A stretch of DNA of 61,575 bases, filler included, from Hausera hauseri (GCA_046269625.1; 12 parts of 12 records of this genome joined end to end with filler, not necessarily neighbours in it), one strand, 5' to 3'; positions 1 through 12,779 are shown, numbered from the whole stretch's first letter. Made by a program: numbers and translations. The notes: a model not told the origin generated them from the letters alone.

Positions 1-3000
1 CCAATTTCGCTTGTCATCGTTGCATGGCAAAGCAACCTTTTTATTTGTGATGGTATACAGCTGGTACTCAATCGATCGTATGGTCGTTTGAGACATAACA
101 GCCCTTCCTTCTTCGTCTTCTTCTTGTCCATCATAGACACGGCGATAATCACCGTAATTTATTTCCGCCTGTTTTAGCTGGATGCCTTTTGCCCACATTT
201 TCGGTTCACAGTCCATCAGAAGACTGTAATATTTTTGGCGCAAAAATATCCATTCCCTGTATTGAACCCGGCCTTCACTTTTGTCCTTGAAGCAACCGAT
301 TCTGTTTGTTATCGCTCTGCTCTACAGTGGATGGCCCGGTGGGTAGTTGGACGTGTCCAGTAGTCCATCTGACATCATTTTTCGAAGCAGCTGGTCTCGA
401 TTGATGTTTTTCAGCTCAAGAAAAAAGCTGTCTGTGTCACCGGCAACAATACTGGTCTCACAGCCATCGAACATTTGCTGGTAACATGCCAAGTCACGAT
501 ACTGGAGCTCGTACAATCGCAACTTGCTCAGGCTCAATACCACTTGACCGATGTAGCTTGGCCAGTCCAGTACGACTTCTTCTTTGTTTAGAAGCACGGC
601 GACCAATCCATCGGCAATGTGCATTGAGCTCCTGAACTGAGCCTTGCTGGTGTACATAGCCAGTCGTTTTTCGTTGTTGTTGCACAGGCGCACATTGAGC
701 CGCTTCTTTAAATCTTGTTTTTGAGCTTATAATAGTCCTTTTCGAACTTTGTACAAGCTGTGGCTCGTTTCGTGGAATTTTTATCAATGTACGCCTTGAA
801 TATCGGCGCCTGATTGAAGCGGTTTGCACAATTGCAGCTGTGTGACGCGTACACCGAGCTGTATGTAAAACTGCAGTAGACGCCAATGAACCACGTAATT
901 TAATTTGGGTTTATGTGCCGTGAGCAGCTTCTTTACTTTTGAGCCGCCGGGTGGATATTGGCTAATTGGTGCGACGGGCAGTTCATCCAGAAAGTCATGC
1001 AGCTCATCTGGTACCACGAGATCGACCTCCATCAGTACCCGATTGAGCTGTTTTCTGCTGTTATCATGTCTGCCACTCTCGACAGATTTTCCAGTATTTT
1101 GTCCACGTCCTGTTTCTCGACTATCCATTCGGATGAACCGTACCGTAAGGGTTGTGAAAGCGCCCAGCCGTACAGGTTATTAACATCAATGTACAACATT
1201 AACGTTTTATCATCACTGGTTACGTGATGTTTGTTGACAAATGTCATGCTGCCACAAATACCAACATCAAATAGTCGGTACATTTCGCGGTTCTTGCAAC
1301 AGCTCAATTTCCCTGTCCAGCGACATTAGTGCCTATGCCCAACTCATCCCCGGTATGAAGTAAAAGTTTAAAGGCTCCAATCTATCTTCCACCAACGCCT
1401 TAGAACGAAATGTCTGAAACACATCGGCTAACAAGTACACGTCCACTTGCAGGTACTGGAGCATGTACTCCAACATGTTTCGGCAGCCGAGCTCTGTCCA
1501 CGCTTCCTGTGCTCTGTAGTAGTCGTCCTCTGTAATTCCGGCCAACTGTGGCGGCAATTCATCTGTTGTCTCAAGCCGCTGGTACGACACAGCAAAGTAA
1601 TACAGGAATATGCCTTTGCTGCGTGCAATATGCTCGGGGAACTGCGTCAGTGTTAGCGGCACATCTGGCAAGGCATTTACGAGCTTTGCTAGAGACTCAT
1701 TGAGGAACTGCAGTGAGTCAAGAAATCGTACCTGAAACAGCTTTATGCGTTCCGATAAGGACAGGTACTTCTCCATCCTTGTTGGGATTATGGATAGCTC
1801 CCAGTGTGAAAATCCGTTGATGGCCCATTTCAGAATATGGTGACAGTCATAACCTGTGACGTTATGAAATATCACCGACAGTAATGACCGCACCCGTCTT
1901 GCCAAATTGCATTAATTGCATGCTGCTCCCAAGTGTCGAGCAGTGAAATGATCGTGATCCGGTAAAAGCCGTTCCTGTGCATCGAACGGCAATATTTTGT
2001 GGCACATGTAACATTCGTCAGTGGCAGGGAAAAGCAGTGGTTCATATTCGTCTGCCCATACCTAGGGTTTAGTGCTATTATTCCAATACCACGGCGCGAT
2101 TTCCGTTTCCACTATTGTCTCCAACTGATGCAGAAAATCGTGGACACAGTTCCATCCGTGAAAAGCGTAGTACTGTGGTTGTCCGTCGGCTTTAATTGGC
2201 ACAACCACCATGCCGAAGGCGATTGGGACATACTTTTGGTCGTAGACGTTGTGCCGTGGTAAAATTGCTTCGATATCGGCGTGTACCACATATGCCGGAC
2301 TGTCGACTTTTCACCAGTCACAGAATCCCAGTTACCTTTTGACTGGCATGACATACATTGTTGTTCCTGTTGCATTTTTCCTGCACAGCGCCAAATGCTT
2401 TTTCCATGTCGCTTCTGACCTAAAGCCATGTAGACATATGGGACCCCATTTGCAGTGTATGCGTTTTTGGATAAACTGATCATGGTCCATGTTTAGTAGT
2501 CAATCCAAATTTGTTACTTCCACATAATGAAACTTTTCTGCATTCTCGAACAGCAACAAATTTACTGGGCGTCCATTTGGGTTCCGACTGCGGTAAATTA
2601 TGTGTACATGGGGATTTTTGTATATTTCTTTATCTGTCGGCATCGCTATGATTGTGTCGTACCGGAACACATTGATTGCTAGTGTCAGATTACGCCTTTA
2701 AAAAGGTAGAAATGGATTTCAGTTTCATCGGCATCCAACATTCATCGTAGTCCAATTCTGAGAAATACTTACTGTACTGCTTTGGGCAATTTGCATAATT
2801 TCTGGACACTTTATCATATTTCAATATGGCCAAAATGCTGTAAATAAAGCAGTATTCTTCGTTAGTATTTTGTACATTCACTACTGCCAGAGACTGCTTC
2901 AAGAATGCAGGTATCGTTATGAATGAATGTCCGGACAGGTAAATCATGTCACTCGTCTTGGTCAGAATAAAGCTGAGAGTGACAATCCTTACAGTTCGCC

Positions 3001-3918
3001 ATCCGCTGCCTTTTTTCTGTATACTTGGCGATTTTCTCATTGAGTTTTACGCCAATGTCCTCAACAACGAAATCTTCTACATATGGCCTAGCTTGATGTG
3101 ACAGGTACCATTGTTTCCTGTCACCTTGCACGTTTTCGAATTCTGCAAGTGTATAATACTGCACTTTGCAGTTGTTGCGTTTGAATTTCAGCACTTCAAC
3201 GTCCAGGCGGTTTCGCACACTGGCCGGGACATGTCTCAATTGCATTGTTGTTGTCGTTGCCGCTGACATGTCCACCTTCATGTCCAGGTACGATCTCTTT
3301 AGATCGTACTTGACGGTAGTGGATGGTTTCTACTGGTCATGTTGCTGCTGCTTTAGCATACTGCTGCTGCTGCTTTGCGCGCATTCGTCAAGGCTTGTGG
3401 ATGCTTGACATTTCCTACTGGTTGTTGTTTTCGTTGTTGCGGGGATGCTTATTTTTGTTGAGTCCATGACTAGTTGCTTTTTGGACCGCTTAAACTGGTT
3501 TAAGTAGTCCTTGTGTTGACTATAGAATTGTTCATAGTTGATTTGATCATCATGAACTATAGAACAACAACAACAACAACCGGGATAAACATAGGCCCGT
3601 TTACTGTGCAGCGTTGTGGTGATGCCATAGTACTGCTCCATTTCAGTATGGCAACCATCAACTTTATGCATTCTACTAGTACAGTATTGTGGATATGTGG
3701 GGCATTGCGCAAGCATCATCTTATTGGACCGCGTAAACGGCCAGAGATGATGCTTTTTCATCTCGTAAAATTCGGCGTACGGACTCTAGCTTGAAGAATT
3801 GCACGTGAGACATAGATATGTATCCGTCCGCAAAGCACAATACTTCGCGATCTGCTGATGGCACTGCTCCAGATCTACGTGTATGCGAGATACGCAATAC
3901 ATGGGGTAATGTTTGCAT
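1..3918 (-). pseudogene. Polinton/Maverick (adintovirus-type) protein-primed DNA polymerase B, frameshifted, 3' end cut by contig edge (copy 1)
   Basis: Ordered motifs across broken ORFs: KGSGW..FITIP..VVNVQN..CFIYSILA (N-term), VHADIEA (ExoI), DHDHFT..GAAC (endonuclease VII-like insert), FHNVTGYD (ExoII), FLDSLQFL, YLQVDVYLLADVF (ExoIII), LYIDVNNLYGWALSQ (motif A), AGDTDSFF (motif C), EWIFLRQK, DDKRNW. Confidence 0.93.
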
Positions 3919-4241
3919 TTCTGAATGAGAAACAAATTAAAGTAAGCGTAAAATGCAATATGTATATTAACTTATTAATACTTTGAAATAAAATAAAACA
4001 CTTCTTCTATGGTGATGTGGGGTGGTGATGGTAGTGATCTAACGGCGACTATAAATATTTGTCACTCAATATCACAAGAGATGGAAGAGAACATAGAAAG
4101 TGAAATTCATAAATTGACCGGTGTCATTTTGACAGGACATGTGTTTGATGTTCAGTACCTATGTGAGCTGTCAGAAACGAGAATAATGAGCAGGCAAGAA
4201 TAGACTGAATTGATAATCAGATCTCTATTCGTAAAACGCAT

Positions 4242-4341
4242 NNNNNNNNNNNNNNNNNNNNNNNNNNNNNNNNNNNNNNNNNNNNTTAATTAATTAANNN
4301 NNNNNNNNNNNNNNNNNNNNNNNNNNNNNNNNNNNNNNNNN
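4242..4341. other. Artificial contig-joining spacer (44 N + TTAATTAATTAA + 44 N); identical spacers at 8856-8955, 14029-14128, 19457-19556, 24869-24968, 31983-32082, 38073-38172, 42374-42473, 47208-47307, 51303-51402, 57474-57573
   Basis: Eleven identical 100-bp blocks carrying a six-frame stop linker; sequence either side is unrelated. Confidence 0.98.
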
Positions 4342-4960
4342 GCGTTCGAAGGAGATAATCATTGGATCACGTATCAGAATGTCATTGATTGTTAGGTTTC
4401 TATAATTGGGAGTCTCTGGTTGAATATCTGGTCGTCGCATCAGTATGGAGACTGCCCCATAGGTTAGAGTTAAAGGCGCAGTTATAAGGGGAGTCTCCTC
4501 ATATGAACCATGAGCGTAGTTTACGTCAAATAGGTAAGTTCCGTTGTCGAATTTCTTATTCAGGAAGGTTTCCAATAAGAGGAATCGTTTGAATACTATT
4601 GCATGATGTAATTGGGTACTACGTAATTGTGGTTGGAAAATGGCTTGAAATACTTTGTTGTCGTAGGCATAATCGAATATTAGAATTGCAAGATTGTGTC
4701 GACCATGGCGTATAGCGAGAAGTAAGGGAATTTCTCCGTCTATATTGGGTATGTGTAAGGGTGCTTGTGATTGAATAAGCATGAGTATGAAGAAATCATG
4801 ACATTCACTCATAATGGCTAAATGGATGATGGTATTGCCATTTATATCTTGAATTTCAGCTTTCCGCTGCCTCATCGCATAAATGACAAATAGCTTCTCT
4901 AGCTCTTTCTTCGTTTCCTGATGCTACAGCTAACATTAGCGGGGTCGTTGAAGCGTTATT
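4342..4960 (-). pseudogene. Ankyrin-repeat domain (about 5 repeats), cytoplasmic part of a predicted single-pass membrane protein; runs off contig
   Basis: TTPLMLAVASG (upstream frame), DINGNTIIHLAI, NIDGEIPLLLAIRHG, STQLHHAIV, EETPLITA match the ankyrin G-x-T-P-L-H-x-A consensus. Confidence 0.85.
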
Positions 4961-5189
4961 TACTGTTGTATAGTTTATTGGGTCAGCTGGTTCATCAGTA
5001 ATTCCCAACATGTAACGTTCCGCTTTTGGTAGAATTTGTTCCTCATGGGTTTCGACATAAGGTAATATTCTTCCTTTTTAATAATTGATAACCATTTCGC
5101 ATCACCGTAGATTTCTGGGTCATATTCTATGTTAGCTAAAGGAATTTCGAATGGTCTGCTGTAATCGAGTGTTGGTTTATGTCGAGATA

Positions 5190-7811
5190 TATCCCTTCTC
5201 CCGTGTTTATGTTTATATACACATATAGCTATAATTGTTGCTATGATAAGTATGACGCCAATGGGTATTACTGTTACTATTAGGAGAACTATATTATAAT
5301 CTATTTGAAATTGCTCTACTGGTTCACTGACGTTGATATAATACTCAAAGTTTCATTATCTTTAGGAGAATTGGTAGATATTCTAAAAATAAATTTCCCT
5401 CTTTTCATTATTTCATTTAGTGTGGGAAATTTGAACAATGAATTTACTCCCTTTTTGAGTGTAGTGTCTTCCAACAACGCAACCGTTTTTGGTTTTCGTA
5501 ATGGAACATAGTATGGTAATTAAATATAAGCTAAGTAAGGATAGCCTGATATCAGTTGTGTACATTCAACATAAGTACTAGTAACTAGAAAACAAGCGTC
5601 GTTAGCATTATTTAAGGTGAGTGTAAAGTCAGGGTTGGGTAAGCTGAACATTACGCGGTCAGATCTCACTTGAAGGCAAATATCCATTGGTCTAAGTGGA
5701 ACTGCTTTGATTCGTTCTGAAATCTGTCGTACTCCTGCTATCAGGTAAGGAATTTTGTTTTGTACGGAATAGCGAAAACTACTCAACAAAAATGTGTTTG
5801 GACGAGAAGATTGTAACTGCAATGTTAGGAGTATTTGTCGAATGTCGTGTTTTGTGCATGATATCTGGGGTCGTGGGCTTGTGACCTCTAGGGTATAAAC
5901 TTCTTCGCTATAACGTTTCGTAGCGCAGGACAGAGCGTAGTATGCTCTACTAGTTTAAGGTGCTGTACTAAAATATCATTTTCGTAAAATATTTTTGCAT
6001 TAATTTGTTGATTGTCTATAACTGTGGGAGTGCATGGAATTGTTGGCGCTTTTCTTTCACTTCCTTTTACAGAACTTCTCAATATACCATTTACGAGACG
6101 AAACATGGCTAGTATTATTGAGTATTCCTGATCTGGATGTGCATATATGCAGGTTGATTGGTTGTGTTCCCTGGAGTAGTGGATGTTATTATTGATAATG
6201 GATGTATCGGCGTATCGGGTGGTTCTTTGCGTTACTCTTCCTTTTGGTATTTTTCTATCCCATTCAACTGGTAGGTACTGCTTCTTATAATTTGGTTGGC
6301 CTATGAATATTCTTTCTTGTAAGAATAATCTATCAGTATTGTTTTGTTCTTTTTGTTCCTATGAATTGTCTGTTAAGGACAGTGTAACTGTCTTCTATTC
6401 TGTGGGTATCATTGTTTCAGTCGTCCGGTTTCCGGTGAGAGGTAGATCCTTGCTTCTTGATGTATGTATTTCTACCGAACAGATAGATCCCTGGGTAATT
6501 TAACAACAGTTTTCTTTACGTGTGGAAGTAGAAGTACACACTATCTTTGATCGCCTGTAAAGCGTTAATGTTCCCATTCTTCCTTCATAAGTTTGTCATT
6601 TTCCGTTTTATTCCGCTGAGGGGAAACTTTTATAAGTAGGCACTTTCTCTTATGGTTATATTGGATGAAAAGATTTCCTGGTGCAGCTTCTTGGTTATCC
6701 CAGGATTCTGTTTTCGGTTTCTTTCTAAAAATTTCATAAAATCTAAAAATGCATCCGGTAATGTCTGATTGGACGGGCTTGTCGTTATTTTCTCAGGGCT
6801 TGGTGTTGGTTGTGTTGAAGAGTTGGGTATACAAAAAACTAATATACTTAATGGTAGAACCATCCGACGAGAATTTTCGCCAATTTTGGGCCTTGTGCCA
6901 TCATAATTGAGAGGTTTATTTGTCAATCTATTACTAAATCGGGTAGTGGTATGTTTTTTAGTGGACCGGCGTCCTCTGATGCATAGAATTAGTATGGGTG
7001 TTAAGATAATTTTGACGGCGCGAAAGGGCATCATAGTTACCAGTAGTAATGATTTGTGGTTTAGATTTGCTATTGTATTTGGTGACTTAATTTTCGTTAA
7101 TATTTCGCTTTTCCTGGTTGTTATCTGAGGTTTTGTAAGTAAAGCATGTTGTTCTTCATTTGTAGTTATGTGACATAAAACTATTGTTTTTTGTTTGAGA
7201 GACAGTTCATAAGGTTGGCCTATTATCTGTACCCAATAGAGATAGTGAGGTTTAAATTGATCGCATTTGGTGGATGTATTTTTGAGTAGAAAACAGGTGG
7301 CGGTAGCATTGTCGAATGAAACCGTATAATTTTGATCAGGCAAATTGAATATGACACGGTTGTTATTCATGTAGAATGAAATATGCAATGGATTGAATTG
7401 AATTTTTTTAATACGTTCGGGGAGTTGTACACCATCACCGGATGCGCGTAGTGGTGCATAGAAAGCGTCAAAATAGGTAACGCTAACTCGAAATGTATTG
7501 GGACAGGTGGATGGTAGATGCAAGGTCAACAATATCTGTCGATAATCACCTGGTGTACAAGTTATTGGCGGCGTTAGACTGGAGTATTTTATGTTATAGT
7601 CTTCTTCGTTTGTTAGTTTTGCCGTGCAAGTTAAGATATAAGGGGTATTTTTTATTCGAGGTGTTATTCCCATGAGTCCTGCGGAATTTTCTACATCTGC
7701 ACTTATCGACTGATTGCGTTCAGATATGGGGCGGCATGGAGTGTCAGGTAGTCTTTTCTTTGTTATATTTTCTGCTTTCGATTTTATTTTTATTGGCGTA
7801 TTGATTGTCAT
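5190..7811 (-). pseudogene. Ectodomain with an internally duplicated ~140-aa FN3-like unit plus TM helix (5215-5292), upstream of and collinear with the ankyrin domain
   Basis: Unit A (about 7165-7575): CTPGDYRQILLTLHL..ERIKKIQFNPLHI..RVIFNLPDQNYT..CFLL..KCDQFKPHYLYWVQI. Unit B (about 5465-5880): CTKHDIRQILLTLQL..ERIKAVPLRPMDI..RVMFSLPNPDFT..CFLV..ECTQLISGYPYLAYI. TM IVLLIVTVIPIGVILIIATIIAICVY is followed by KHKHGRR. The FN3 assignment is inference. Confidence 0.6.
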
Positions 7812-8687
7812 TTCTACAGTTATCGTAATAAGGATAGTTCGTCACAGGGTAATGTTGTAACTTAACCCACTTATGAGTTCTGATACTTGGAATATTAAGG
7901 AATAGGTGTATCCTTGAGAAACGCGACGGCATTTGTTTTCTTTTAATTCTGAACGTGCAACACAAATGGGTCTATACAATTCAAACAACGTTGCTGCTTC
8001 TTATTTCTGTCATACTGATTTGTTTACATATGCTATTATTAAACATTTCTTCTCAATGTTATAGTAGATGGAGAAGATTTTAATCGTGAATTGTTGGTTG
8101 TCCGTTAATACAAATCTTGTATTTTCTGGTAGTTTCGAATATTCTCGAAATATTGTGTGTGATTCTCGTTCACCAAAGGAGGTTGAAACTAGATTTAACT
8201 TCGATTGAGGTGTTGGGGTTATTTGCGACAATAAACCTGTCATATACGTCGTTAATATACATCGGGGTTTACACTTACAGAAGGTTGTACCCACAATAAC
8301 TGTGAGAATATTGAGAGTGACCGTAATTATCAATAGAGCTGCCTCATGGCTTATTGGAGTCTACTTTTTAGTCCTCATTGATAGGATATTTCTTGACCAC
8401 ACTGAATCTATTTGAATCTTTGAGTAGTTCAGTTGTATAAAGGAATGCCTACTGTGATTAATTGTCAATTGTCTTATAGTTCCTGGGGATTTTGCTGTTG
8501 ATTGTGCTAATACGTTTATCATACATAGTTCCAATATAAATGAAAATAGTACTGCTTGACTGAATTTGGGTTTATGACTTTGGTGGTTTGTTGAGATGAT
8601 TTCGGTACTTCGCTGATTATCAAGTTCATCGGGAGTTTTATGTGTAACTAGTAGGGTGAAACTGCCGATTCTGCAACAGACCCCCAT

Positions 8688-8812
8688 CCCGGGAAATTGC
8701 GCAACTTCCGGTGTCAATTTGCGTCACTTCCGGTAAAATTTGCCCAATGTTACGCAATTTTCACCGGAAGTTGTGCAATTACCGGGCAGGAAATGATGCA
8801 AAAGTTGCGCAA
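8688..8812. promoter_or_regulatory. GC-rich inverted repeat with clustered ACTTCCGG (ETS-like) and TTGCGCAA (C/EBP-like) motifs
   Basis: 8688-8713 CCCGGGAAATTGCGCAACTTCCGGTG pairs with 8762-8786 CACCGGAAGTTGTGCAATTACCGGG; three ACTTCCGG/CCGGAAGT and two perfect TTGCGCAA within 125 bp. Confidence 0.5.
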
Positions 8813-10189
8813 CAGCGGTGTCCTCGTGTGTTCGGCTTTGAAAAATTGCGAAAATNNNNNNNNNNNNNNNNNNNNNNNNNNNNNNNNNNNNNNNNNNNNT
8901 TAATTAATTAANNNNNNNNNNNNNNNNNNNNNNNNNNNNNNNNNNNNNNNNNNNNCGTATTTTCATTACCATTCATGTCGAAAAAATATATGCTCCGAAA
9001 TGTGTCGTCCGCTGTTCCGTTTAATTACAAATTACTCGTCTGTTAAAAATGAGCAAGTGCATCGATAAAGTAATAAAACTTTTAATAGAATCACACAATT
9101 CAGAGTAGACAATACAAGTTTAGGAAATTCACAAAACCACAAGAATGTTAATTAGATATTCTTTAAAGTAAAAAATACAATATCAGAAAATAACTAAGAA
9201 CGAGAAGATTATGTGCTTTTGTTTCACGGGAAAATGACAGCCGTTTATGTGAAGTACATGCACAAATCAATAAACTTAACGCCATACGACTGGTTTCCAG
9301 ATCCATACGGTTAAATTCACACAAGTTACATTCGTTCTAATTAAGTTTATTTTAAATAAGTTTCGTAGTAAAGGAACAAACGTCAATAAATATTATGAAC
9401 GTAAAATGTCACATGAATTAAATCTCCAACATGTCGGATAAATACCAAACGGCAGTCAAACAATGAATAATATCAATGGTGAGTGTCAAAGCCTCAAGTG
9501 AATTGCCGGCCTACACACCCCATCTGTATTAGTTGGTAAACAAATCTTGTTCAGTCAACAGCAACTCCGGTCATGAACTGTGTACCAGCAACCTACGAAA
9601 CAAATTAACTGGAACCATGAACTGTCCTTATCGCGTTTCATTCTGTTATCATTCATCATTTGCAGGCATGAGTACGCATATTTACACAAGGCGGAACGGT
9701 ACAAAGAAATCATTAACTTGATATCAAAATATACGGCCAGTACTCTTTGTCTGACACTGCGATGGTAACAGACAAACAACTCATGGGCACTATTATCGAT
9801 GTAGAAATTTCAAATAATGATGTAAATTGTTTGGCACGTGCTGGGCAATGTTAAGAAATGCAAATGATGAGATAACATCAATCTATATTCAAGACAACAT
9901 GATATATTGATTTGTAAATAAATCAATAATTATTACTTAGTATTTGAATTATTTAACAGTTAAATAAGATATTCAGTTTTATTTTTCCTGAAAACTTTCA
10001 TAGAATAAAACTAACGATTAATTAATGACGCAGTCGTTGTAGCATGAAATGAGGGTTTTACGATTATGGATTATATTCTAATAATTACTTTCAAAGGAGT
10101 GAAATATTACTGTTTATCATGGTTATTTATGGCAAATAATCAGAGACGTACGCAATTCAATGTTGAATGATAATATGAAAGAATATTTT

Positions 10190-10801
10190 CCAACGAGGCC
10201 AAAATAACGAAATTAAGGTAATTGTATTAAATTTCACCGCAATGGTCTTTTAATATTTGACCTACTGTGCTTTGTCATTATGAACTGAACTTCTGAAACT
10301 GAAATGAAATAAAATAAGACGACTGCTTTTCTTTACATAAGATATTATGTGTTTATATATTTTACTCATGAATGCTATTTTTGGGGACGTTAGATCTTGA
10401 AAATGTAAAAACCTTTGTCTTTGGCACTGCTGCCCTTTGATCATAAAATTTTTCCTTATAACTCACTTATTGGTGTCTAGTTGTTCTATACGATTTTCGA
10501 ATTTTACTATTACGATGCTCCGATTTACATTAGTCGGTTTATCTCTGCAAATAATAACGCGTACGACTCTGAATGAAATAAAAATATTGGTGCAATATTC
10601 GCCTAAAATCTGTTATCCTCCATGTGCATATAAAATATTATACACATTTTTCATAAGAACTTGAAGGAAACACCATAAATTATATTATTGGAACATTAGT
10701 TCAAAGAAAGGAACGAAGATTTGGGAGGGGAAGAGAAATTGAACAAGTGCAAAATTCGGTTACAATTCAAAACTCTAATAGCGTTATTTTGGCTTTGTTG
10801 G
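10190..10801. mobile_element. MITE-like element bounded by inverted repeats
   Basis: GCCAAAATAACG (10198-10209) is the perfect reverse complement of CGTTATTTTGGC (10782-10793); the right end is related to 60208-60275 and 60460-60495. Confidence 0.45.
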
Positions 10802-10957
10802 TAGCATGGAATTTTATGCGTCTCTGACAAGGAACAGCAGCTTACTACCGTTCTACAGCAACTTACAAGTGCTACAGGTTCAAAAAGTACAAATTTTTAT
10901 GCTGATTAACAATATGAACAATTTTTTTTTGTCAAACAAAACTACGATTATGCAATA

Positions 10958-12779
10958 CCGTGTGGGTCCAAAAAACATGGACTTTTTGCTTTGTCGAACA
11001 AACAAACGATTAGAATTGTCAAAACATTTTTGCATATAATCAAAGAACTAAACCTTTTAGTAAAAAGTGGGTAAAATGCACAAAAAATATCCCATTTGCC
11101 TTTGAAATGACTCATACAAACGTATACATTTTATTATTCCGCAAATGTATTTCAATTTTCTGCATATTCACATCGTAAATACTTTCACAGAAACACGTTA
11201 TGAACAAATGAGTTATCTGTATTTAAGAATTATATCACAATCTTGGGCGATTATTGATTGCAATGGTTTTGCATATCCAGCAATGTGACTTTTTGGGATA
11301 ATTTTATATTTATCAGATTTTAATATTTGTGGAACAATTTTATTCATATGAATCGAAATTGTATCAAAATTCATTAAATATGTAGCGCTTGCAATTTCAT
11401 CAGCAATTTGAGATTGAAAAGTTCCAATATAGAACAGTCTTGAAAATACGGTGGGTATCCACCTTTTACCTGATCATGATATCCAGCGCTTCTATACAAT
11501 TCTATTCTACTTTCAGTCAAAAATTATTGAATTTGTAGTGTGTGGGTCACAATCTAGGTCACATAATCTGACATTAAAATTGTGGAATTTGTTGCTTACA
11601 TAAATGGTACAACACAGATTTGCAAACCGCATAAGTGAAATTGTTCGTTTACATTTTCATCCACCCGTGTTTCAACTTGTTTACTTGGACGCAGTTTAGT
11701 TTTTCAATGCAAATAAACATAGCAACCATTTTCATCTGCTACAAAGATACCATGAATAGATGGACGAGACTTTTGTCTATTAAAAACCTTAATGGTATTG
11801 CTGGACCTTTTCTTCGACACTTACGTTGGTGTGTCCAATTTGGACCATATGCATGCGTTTTTTATGATCAAGAAATATAATGTTCTGAAATGAGTATTTC
11901 AAATGGTCCCGTCTATTCAACAAGCCTCGAGCAAATTGCAGCCTTTTAGCACAGACAAAATAATTGTTTTTTTTCTTTTTTTGGTGGTTTTCCCCATGTA
12001 ACTTTGTTTTTCAAATGCCTTTTTAAGGTACTTTTTCCACATTTTAATTCTTTCTGAAGATCTTTTGAATGTTGTCCACGTTAAAATTTTCACCTGTAGC
12101 AATTGCATGATCGATGTCTTGTTTGTTTCAAAATGACTGATGAACTGGACGGCCTGATCTTCCTTTTATATTCCTGTTTTCAACAATAAATCCTTTCGAT
12201 CCTAACAAAGTTTCCAAGTTTTTTATTGAAACTTGTCTTCTTTGTCCTGAGTTTTTAATGTGCATAACGGTTGTGATTATTTCCATTCGTTGGTCCGGCT
12301 TTAAATTTGTAGAGTCCAACATTTTCATAAAAATAACAAACTAACTGATTAATGAATTGCAGGTCCTCAGTTTAGAATTAGGAATACCGGATACCGCACG
12401 TTAGGTAGATAAAACAACAACGTGTGTACTTAGATAGGCTCCCATAAAAATGTATACAATTTCCATTATTTGTGTAAATGTGCCACAAATTTTCAATTTA
12501 AATCTGTTTATTGTAGGTCATTTAAGTGATCTTTCTCATGATTTGTAATATGTAGGTAAGTGCATTTTTACATACATCGTTCTTTTACCCAATTTTACTA
12601 CAATGTTTAGTTTTTTGATGAAATCTTTGTCATTACTCATTGAAAATAAAAATTTGTTTTAACAAACTGATAAGCGAATAGAGCTCTACAAAAATAGATA
12701 TAAGAAAAAATCTTTTGTCAATTCTAATGGTTTGTTTCTGTCAAAACGAAAAGGTCCTTGCTTTCTTAGGCCCACACGA
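10958..12779 (-). mobile_element. Degenerate Tc1/mariner DNA transposon with long TIRs and TA target site
   Basis: TA|CCGTGTGGGTCC...AAACAAACGATTAGAATTGTCAAAA at left vs reverse complement TA|TCGTGTGGGCCT...AAACAAACCATTAGAATTGACAAAA at right; a second IR block at about 11039-11077 vs 12583-12620. Confidence 0.75.
11370..12328 (-). pseudogene. Tc1/mariner transposase relic
   Basis: N-terminal HTH-like region ending KGRSGRP (GRPR-type motif); IFLDHK (first D), DCDPHTT (DNAPxH-like), GYPPYFQDCSILE (WPPxSPDLxPIE-like), in shifted frames inside the TIRs. Confidence 0.6.

Noticed and set aside
11380-11700. Mab-21/cGAS-like C-terminus (KSVLYHLC; YPPYF)
   Set aside because: The segment lies inside TA-flanked TIRs with GRP, IFLD and DxxPH motifs in order; a Tc1/mariner transposase explains it better.
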